Of a DNA stretch of 64,000 nucleotides, positions 57,414 through 64,000 are shown piece after piece; position 1 is the first letter of the stretch; every line of letters begins with the position of its first letter. The stretch comes from an uncultured Gemmatimonadales bacterium (lineage in GTDB: Bacteria; Gemmatimonadota; Gemmatimonadetes; Longimicrobiales; Longimicrobiaceae): the NCBI GenBank assembly GCA_963716255.1, contig OY970303.1, positions 3,264,001-3,328,000 of the forward strand. The letters are read 5' to 3'. The notes under the pieces are model-generated. The model saw only the letters and a list, made by a program, of their open reading frames with translations, did not search any database and was not told where the DNA came from. Both the position numbers and the translations under genes were made by a program.

Positions 57414-58373
57414 ATGACCCGATTGATCGTGCTGGGCGTGCTCGCCGCGCTCTTCTTCAGCAGCACCTTCGTGCTCAACCGCTCCATGAGCCTGGAGGGC
57501 GGGCACTGGGTGTGGACGGCCAGCCTGCGCTTCGCCTGGATGCTCCTCCTGCTCACCGGTTGGATGCTCGCCGCGCGGGGCCCGCGCGGGGTGCGGGCGG
57601 CCTGGGCGCTCTTCCGCGGGCACCCGCTGTTCTGGACCGCGGCGGGGAGCGTGGGGTTCGGGGTGTTCTACGCGCTGGTCTCCTTTGCCTCGTCGTACGC
57701 CGCCGGGTGGGTGGTCGCGGCCACCTGGCAGACCACCCTGCTGGCGACCCCGCTGGTGCTGCTCGCCTTCGGACGGCGGGTGCCCGCGCGCGGCGTGCTG
57801 CTGACGCTGCTCATCTTCGCCGGGATCCTGCTGGTCAACGCCGAGCACGCGGGCACCGGCGGGGCGGGCGGCGCCTGGCGCGGGGCGCTCCCGGTGGTGC
57901 TGGCGGCCTTCGCCTACCCGCTGGGCAACCAGATGGTGTGGGAGGCCCGCAGCGGCGGCCACGGGCGCATTCCCGCGCTCGCCGGGCCAGTGCTGGACGA
58001 CCGCTTCGCCGTGGTATGGCTGATGACGCTGGGCTCCATCCCCTTCTGGCTCCTCCTGGCGCTGGCGGCGCGCCCCCCTGCGCCATCCGCCGGGCAGGTG
58101 GCGAGCACCGGGGTGGTGGCGCTGCTCGCCGGCGTGGTGGCGACCACCCTCTTCCTGCACGCGCGGCAGGGCGCGCGCGAGCCGTACGAGCTGGCGGCGG
58201 TGGATTCCACCCAGGCCGCCGAGGTGGTGTTCTCGCTGGCGGGCGAGGTGCTCCTCCTGGGCGCGGCGCTCCCCGGCGCGGCGGGGTGGGCCGGGATCGC
58301 GCTCACGGTGGTGGGGCTGGTCCTGTACGTGCGCGCCCAGTCCGTGCCCGCCGGGGCGCCGGCCCCGCCGTGA
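57414..58373 (+). CDS. DMT-superfamily putative efflux transporter (YjlA-like)
   Basis: FFSSTFVLNR, WTASLR, WQTT, AYPLGN. Confidence 0.85.
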   Translation: MTRLIVLGVLAALFFSSTFVLNRSMSLEGGHWVWTASLRFAWMLLLLTGWMLAARGPRGVRAAWALFRGHPLFWTAAGSVGFGVFYALVSFASSYAAGWVVAATWQTTLLATPLVLLAFGRRVPARGVLLTLLIFAGILLVNAEHAGTGGAGGAWRGALPVVLAAFAYPLGNQMVWEARSGGHGRIPALAGPVLDDRFAVVWLMTLGSIPFWLLLALAARPPAPSAGQVASTGVVALLAGVVATTLFLHARQGAREPYELAAVDSTQAAEVVFSLAGEVLLLGAALPGAAGWAGIALTVVGLVLYVRAQSVPAGAPAPP

Positions 58374-58423
58374 GCGCACGCCCCGGGCGCGGAGGACGCA
58401 CGGATGTTGCTGGGCCACCCGGC

Positions 58424-60511
58424 ATGCAGCAGACCGGAGCCCCGCCCCCGCCCGCCCTCCCCGCCGGACCCGTCGGCCGGCTCGCCGCGTCGCTGCGCGC
58501 CTCCGCGCGCCCGGCCCCGGTGCCGCCCGCCATCGCCGCCGGGCTGCGCACCGCCACGGCCACGGTGGCGCCGCTCCTCGCCGGCCACGCGCTGGGGATC
58601 CCCGAGGCGATGCTCGCCGGGCTGGGCGGCTTCATGGTGTCCCGCGCCGACAACGGCGGCGCGTACCGCAGCCGCGCCGCCGCCATGGCCGCGCAGGCGC
58701 TGGCCATCGCCTTCGCCGCGGTGGCCGGCGCGCTCCTGCGGCCCTGGCCGGCTGCGGCGGTCCCGGCCGTGCTGCTGTGGACCACGGCCGCCAGCCTGGC
58801 GCGCGCGTACGGCCCCGCCGCCGGCACCACCGGGGTGACCGCCACGGTGATGTTCGTGGTGGCCATCTCCACGCCGTCCGCGGGCGCCGCGTCGGCGCTG
58901 CAGCACGGCGGCTGGGTGCTGGTGGGAGCCGCCTGGGCCATGCTGCTGTCGCTGGCGCTGTGGCCGGTGCGCCCCTACCGCCCCGGCATGCTGGCGGTGG
59001 CGGCGTGCTACCGCGCGCTGGCCGACTACGCCGGGGCGCTCGCCCTCCCGCCGGAGGCGGCGCAGGCCACGCGCGGCGGCGCCGCCTTCCTCCCCGCGCG
59101 CCAGGCGGTGGAAGCGGCGCGCGCCACCCTGGCCGCCATCCGGCGCGGACGCTCCGGCGAGAGCGTGCGCGGCGAGCGGCTGCTGGTGCTGCTGGAGACC
59201 GCCGACCGGGTGCTCATCAACCTGGTGGCGCTGGGCGACGTGCTGGAGGGCGCCGCCGCCGAGGGGGAGCGCCGCGCGGCCGAGGCGGGGCTGGGCGCGA
59301 TCGCGGAGGAGCTGCGCGGCTGCGCCGCGCGGGTGGAGGGCGAGGGCGCAGGCCCGGCGCAGGCGGACGCGGACGCCCCCGCGGCGGGCGCCGGGCTTGC
59401 CGGGCCGCTGCTGGACCGGGTGTCGTTCTACGCCCGCGCCGCGGCGCGCATCGCCGAGGGGTTCCGCGACGGCCGGCCGGTGCCGGAAGCGCCCGTGGCC
59501 GCGCTGCGCCTCCCGGAGGAGGAGCGCGACCCGCTCCTCCCCCTGCGGGAGAACCTGACCCGGGAGTCCGCACTCCTGCGGCACGCGCTGCGCGCCGGCA
59601 TCAGCACCGCGGCGGCGGTGGCCGCCACCCAGGCGCTGGGGCTGGAGCGCGGCTACTGGGTAACGCTCACCGTGCTCATCGTGCTGCAGCCGTACACCGG
59701 CGCCACGGTGCAGCGCACGCTGGAGCGCGCCCTTGGCACCGTGCTGGGCGGGGGGATCGCCGCGGGGATCGCGGCGTGGGTGCACGACCCGGGGTGGGTG
59801 CTGGCGCTGGTGTTCGTCATGGCGGCCGCCAGCGTGGCGCTCTTTCCCATCAACGCCGTGCTGTACACCGTGTTCCTGACTCCCACCTTCGTGCTGCTGG
59901 CCGAGGCGAACACCGGCGACTGGGGGCTGGCCGGCGTGCGCGTGCTCGACACCCTGCTGGGCGGCGCGCTGGCGCTGGCGGGCGCGGCGCTGCTCTGGCC
60001 TACCCCGGAGCGCGACCGCCTCCCCGCCGAGGTCGCCGCCGTGCTCCGCGCCGACGCCGAGTACCTGCGGGCCGCTGTGGAGCGGCTGGCCGACGACGGC
60101 GAGGCCGCGGTGGGGCGCATGGTGGCGGCGCGGCGCCGCCTGGGCGTCGCCATCCTCAACGCGGACGCCTGGCTGGAGCAGCTGCTCGCCGCGCCCGGCA
60201 GCCGGGCGGACGAGCTGGAGCCGTGGATGACGCTGCTGGCGTACGGCCGCCGGCTCGCCGGCTCCGTCGCCGCGCTCGCCATCCTGGGCGGCCAGGGCGC
60301 GCTGGGGCGCGGCGAGGTGGCCGGCTTCGGGGCCGCCGCCGAGGGCGTGCTCGCCGACCTCGCCGACGCGCTGGAGGGGGGCCGTCCCCCCGCCCCCCTC
60401 CCCCCGCCGCCCCCGCCGGCGGCCGACCCGCTGCTGCGCGCCCAGCTGGACCGCGTGTCCGCCCAGGTCGCCGTGCTGCACGACGCCGCGGGACGCCTGC
60501 TCCCGGCGTGA
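58424..60511 (+). CDS. FUSC family membrane protein (YccS/YhfK-like)
   Basis: RHALR, RGYWVTLT, VLQP, RALGT, RVLDT; start uncertain. Confidence 0.88.
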   Translation: MQQTGAPPPPALPAGPVGRLAASLRASARPAPVPPAIAAGLRTATATVAPLLAGHALGIPEAMLAGLGGFMVSRADNGGAYRSRAAAMAAQALAIAFAAVAGALLRPWPAAAVPAVLLWTTAASLARAYGPAAGTTGVTATVMFVVAISTPSAGAASALQHGGWVLVGAAWAMLLSLALWPVRPYRPGMLAVAACYRALADYAGALALPPEAAQATRGGAAFLPARQAVEAARATLAAIRRGRSGESVRGERLLVLLETADRVLINLVALGDVLEGAAAEGERRAAEAGLGAIAEELRGCAARVEGEGAGPAQADADAPAAGAGLAGPLLDRVSFYARAAARIAEGFRDGRPVPEAPVAALRLPEEERDPLLPLRENLTRESALLRHALRAGISTAAAVAATQALGLERGYWVTLTVLIVLQPYTGATVQRTLERALGTVLGGGIAAGIAAWVHDPGWVLALVFVMAAASVALFPINAVLYTVFLTPTFVLLAEANTGDWGLAGVRVLDTLLGGALALAGAALLWPTPERDRLPAEVAAVLRADAEYLRAAVERLADDGEAAVGRMVAARRRLGVAILNADAWLEQLLAAPGSRADELEPWMTLLAYGRRLAGSVAALAILGGQGALGRGEVAGFGAAAEGVLADLADALEGGRPPAPLPPPPPPAADPLLRAQLDRVSAQVAVLHDAAGRLLPA

Positions 60512-60608
60512 CCCGCGACTCCTGGCACGAGACCCGCGCGGCAGCCATCTTTTGCGCTGCCCCGCTCCCGCGAGCCCGTCACCTGTTCCCATGCAGGGAG
60601 GATCCCCG

Positions 60609-62306
60609 ATGAAGCTTCTCCGGTCCGCCGTTCCCGTCCTGGCCCTCGCCGCCTGCGCCCCCGCGGCGCAGCCCGGCGCGGAGCCCGCCGCCATGCCGCC
60701 GGGCGCCGGGGCCGCCGCGCCCGCCGCCGCCGGCGCCATCGACCCCGCGCGCCTGGCGGAGCACGTCCGCACGCTCGCCTCGGACGAGTTCCGGGGGCGC
60801 GGGCCGGCCACGCCCGGCGAGGAAAAGACCGTCGCCTACATCGCCGAGCAGTTCCGGGCGGCCGGCCTCCAGCCGGGCGGCCCGAACGGGAGCTGGTACC
60901 AGGACGTCCCGCTCAACCAGTACGACATGGTCGGCACGCCCAACCTGACCGTCAACGTCGCCGGGCGGCGCATGGACCTCACCCAGGGCGAGCAGATCGC
61001 CGTGCGCGCCAGCATGCGGAACGTGGACCGCGTCACCTTCACCGGGCCGCTGGTCTTCCTGGGCTACGGGGTCAAGGCGCCGGAGCGCCGCTGGGACGAC
61101 TTCAAGGGCGAGAACCTGCGCGGCAAGATCGGCGTCGTCCTCATCAACGACCCGGACTTCGAGAGCGGGCAGGGCGACTTCGGCGGCAAGGCCATGACCT
61201 ACTACGGCCGCTGGACCTACAAGTACGAGGAGGCCGCGCGGCAGGGCCTCATGGGGCTGCTCATCGTGCACGAGACGGCGCCCGCCTCCTACGGCTGGGC
61301 CACGGTCAAGAACTCCAACACCAGCACGATGTTCGACATCGTGCGCGCCGACCCCGCCCAGGTGCACCCGCAGCTGGAGGGTTGGATCCAGCGCGACTTC
61401 GCGGTGGAGCTGTTCCGCGCCGCGGGGCAGGACTTCGAGGCGCTCAAGCGGCGGGCGCAGACGCGCGACTTCCGCCCGGTGCCGCTGGGCGACGCCACCT
61501 TCGCCGCCAACTTCGCGGTGCGGCACGCCACCATCCGCTCCCGCAACGTGCTCGGCCGCGTGCCGGGGAGCACGCGCCCGGGCGAGACCATCCTCTACGG
61601 CGCGCACTGGGACCACCTGGGCGTGGGCGTGCCGGACGCGCGCGGCGACAGCATCTACAACGGCGCCGTGGACAACGCCACGGGCGTGGCGTCGCTGATC
61701 GAGCTGGCGCGAGCCTTCGCCGCCGGCCCGCGGCCGCAGCGCTCGGTGGTCTTCGCCGCGTGGACGGCGGAGGAAAAGGGGCTGCTGGGCTCCGAGTACT
61801 ACGCCGCCAACCCCGTGTACCCGCTGGAGACCACCGTCGCCGGCTTCAACGTGGACGCCCTGGCGCCCACCGGCCCCTCGCGCGACGTCCTCATCGTCGG
61901 CTACGGCCAGAGCGAGCTGGAGGACCGGCTGGAGCGCGTCCTCACCGCAGGCGGGCGGGTGGTGGCGCGCGACCCGCACCCCGAGGCCGGCTACTTCTAC
62001 CGCTCGGACCACTTCCCCATGGCAAAGCGCGGCGTCCCCATGCTGTACGTGGACAGCGGCGTGGACCTGCTGGAGGGGGGCACCGCCGCCGGAGACGCCG
62101 CGGACGCCGCGTACCGCACGGACCGCTACCACCAGCCCGCGGACGAGTACGACGCGGCCACCTGGAACTTCGGCGGCATCGTGCAGGACCTCACGGTGCT
62201 GCACCGCCTGGGTGTGGAGCTGGCCGGCTCGCGAGACTGGCCCAACTACCGCGCCACCTCCGAGTTCCGCCCGGTCCGCGACGCCTCCGCCGCCCGGCGC
62301 CAGTAG
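60609..62306 (+). CDS. M28 family metallopeptidase lipoprotein with PA domain
   Basis: LAAC; AHWDH, GAVDNA, AEEKGLLGS, RSDH, YHQP. Confidence 0.93.
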   Translation: MKLLRSAVPVLALAACAPAAQPGAEPAAMPPGAGAAAPAAAGAIDPARLAEHVRTLASDEFRGRGPATPGEEKTVAYIAEQFRAAGLQPGGPNGSWYQDVPLNQYDMVGTPNLTVNVAGRRMDLTQGEQIAVRASMRNVDRVTFTGPLVFLGYGVKAPERRWDDFKGENLRGKIGVVLINDPDFESGQGDFGGKAMTYYGRWTYKYEEAARQGLMGLLIVHETAPASYGWATVKNSNTSTMFDIVRADPAQVHPQLEGWIQRDFAVELFRAAGQDFEALKRRAQTRDFRPVPLGDATFAANFAVRHATIRSRNVLGRVPGSTRPGETILYGAHWDHLGVGVPDARGDSIYNGAVDNATGVASLIELARAFAAGPRPQRSVVFAAWTAEEKGLLGSEYYAANPVYPLETTVAGFNVDALAPTGPSRDVLIVGYGQSELEDRLERVLTAGGRVVARDPHPEAGYFYRSDHFPMAKRGVPMLYVDSGVDLLEGGTAAGDAADAAYRTDRYHQPADEYDAATWNFGGIVQDLTVLHRLGVELAGSRDWPNYRATSEFRPVRDASAARRQ

Positions 62307-62339
62307 GCGCGGGACACCCCCCGGGAACCGGTGAGCCGC

Positions 62340-64000
62340 ATGGGGAAGCGCCCCTTCCACTCCATCTACTCCCACGGCATGGTGCGCGTGGCGGTGTGCA
62401 TCCCCTCGCTGCGCGTGGCCGACCCGGTCTTCAACGCGGAGCGCACGCTGGCGCTGGCGCGCCAGGCCGCGGAGCGCGGGGCGGTCGTGGCGCTCTTCCC
62501 GGAGCTGGGGATCTCCGCGTACACCTGCGACGACCTGTTCCACCAGGACGCGCTGCTGGACGCCGTGGAGGCCGCCCTGGCGGGGGTGGTGGAGGGGAGC
62601 GCGGGGCTGGGGACCGTGCTGCTGGTGGGGGCGCCGCTCCGGTTCGAGGGCAAGCTGTTCAACTGCGCGGTGGTGGTGTACGGCGGGCGGGTCCTGGGCA
62701 TCGTCCCCAAGAGCTTCCTCCCCAACTACCGCGAGTTCTACGAGCGGCGGCAGTTCGCCCCCGCCCGTTTCGCGGTCGCGCGCGAGGTGCGCTTCCTGGG
62801 CGGCACGGTCCCCTTCGGCGCGGACCTGGTGTTCGACGCCGTGAACGTGGAGGACTTCGCGCTGCACGTGGAGATCTGCGAGGATGTGTGGACGCCGGTG
62901 CCGCCCAGCACCTGGGCGGCGCTCGCCGGCGCTACGGTGCTCGCCAACCTGTCCGCCAGCAACATCACGGTGGGCAAGGCCGAGTACCGCAGGGACCTGT
63001 GCGCCTCGCAGAGCGGCCGCTGCATCGCGGCGTACATGTACTCGGCCGCGGGCCCGGGCGAGTCCACCACGGACATGGCCTGGGACGGCCACGCGCTGGT
63101 GTACGAGAACGGCGACCTGCTGGCCGAGAGCCCGCGCTTCGTCCCCGAAGAGCACATGATCGTGGCGGACGTGGACCTGGAGCGCCTGGCGCAGGACCGC
63201 ATGCGCATGACGTCGTTCCACGACTCGGTGGGCGACGAGATGGAGCGGGTGCGCGCCGTCCGCCGCGTCCCCTTCGAGCTGGCGCTCCCCGCGGGCGAGA
63301 TGGCGCCGGTGCGGGAGTACCAGCGCTTTCCCTACGTCCCCGCGGACCCCGCGTCGCGCGACGAGCGCTGCTACGAGGCGTACAACATCCAGGTGCACGG
63401 GCTGATGAAGCGCCTGTCCGCCACCGGCATCCAGCGGGTGGTGATCGGGGTGTCCGGAGGGCTGGACTCCACGCACGCGCTGATCGTGGCGGCGCGCACC
63501 ATGGACCAGCTGGGGCTGCCGCGCGCCAACATCCTGGGCTACACCATGCCCGGCTTCGCCACCAGCGCCGGCACCAGGGGCAACGCGCACGCGCTCATGG
63601 AGGCGCTGGGGATCACGGGGAGCGAGATCGACATCCGCCCCTCGGCCACGCAGATGCTGCGCGACATCGGCCACCCCTTCGCCGCGGGGGAGCCAGTGTA
63701 CGACGTCACCTTCGAGAACGTGCAGGCGGGGGAGCGCACCTCGCACCTGTTCCGCCTGGCGAACCACCACGACGGGCTGGTGCTGGGCACGGGCGACCTG
63801 AGCGAGCTGGCGCTGGGGTGGGCCACGTACGGGGTGGGCGACCAGATGTCGCACTACAACGTCAACGCATCCGTCCCCAAGACGCTGATCCAGCACCTGA
63901 TCCGCTGGGTGGTGCAGACGGAGCAGTTCGACGCGGCGACGGGCCGCATCCTCCAGTCCATCCTGGACACGGAGATCTCGCCGGAGCTGGTGCCGGCGGG
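62340..64000 (+). CDS. nadE: Glutamine-dependent NAD+ synthetase (partial, runs off window)
   Basis: Own translation: [45 protein letters not shown]. Confidence 0.96.
   Translation, partial: MGKRPFHSIYSHGMVRVAVCIPSLRVADPVFNAERTLALARQAAERGAVVALFPELGISAYTCDDLFHQDALLDAVEAALAGVVEGSAGLGTVLLVGAPLRFEGKLFNCAVVVYGGRVLGIVPKSFLPNYREFYERRQFAPARFAVAREVRFLGGTVPFGADLVFDAVNVEDFALHVEICEDVWTPVPPSTWAALAGATVLANLSASNITVGKAEYRRDLCASQSGRCIAAYMYSAAGPGESTTDMAWDGHALVYENGDLLAESPRFVPEEHMIVADVDLERLAQDRMRMTSFHDSVGDEMERVRAVRRVPFELALPAGEMAPVREYQRFPYVPADPASRDERCYEAYNIQVHGLMKRLSATGIQRVVIGVSGGLDSTHALIVAARTMDQLGLPRANILGYTMPGFATSAGTRGNAHALMEALGITGSEIDIRPSATQMLRDIGHPFAAGEPVYDVTFENVQAGERTSHLFRLANHHDGLVLGTGDLSELALGWATYGVGDQMSHYNVNASVPKTLIQHLIRWVVQTEQFDAATGRILQSILDTEISPELVPA

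Overview
Very GC-rich bacterial chromosomal window. Gene content and style suggest Gemmatimonadota, possibly Longimicrobium-like; this is inference only. It holds about 55 mostly housekeeping or accessory CDSs. These include an NDH-2/hydrolase operon, an ECF sigma factor with an L,D-transpeptidase, a putative ceramide (Spt/bCerS/CerR-like) lipid cluster, a phhA-aroF-chorismate mutase-tyrA operon, a cytochrome b/molybdoenzyme pair, GH15, a receiver-TrxR/cNMP-kinase/UBP-ZnF module, a DyP peroxidase with partner, several peptidases and a partial nadE. No rRNA, tRNA, CRISPR array, transposase or integrase was recognised. The strongest unexplained signal is intergenic. Two dispersed structured repeat families (A: about 130 bp, 10 full and 3 partial copies; B: about 150-180 bp, 4 copies) have stems that change sequence between copies yet stay complementary. 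Both share one hairpin module (GAG-C-stem-AAACWGCC loop-stem-U-CUC), and family A almost always begins 17-43 nt after a stop codon in a fixed orientation. Other highlights are a stand-alone gasdermin-like ORF (48172-48834), a PUD-1/2-like orphan, two low-GC islets (one truncating hicA), and several frameshifts, some of which may be sequencing errors. All family assignments come from motif recognition by eye, not database searches.
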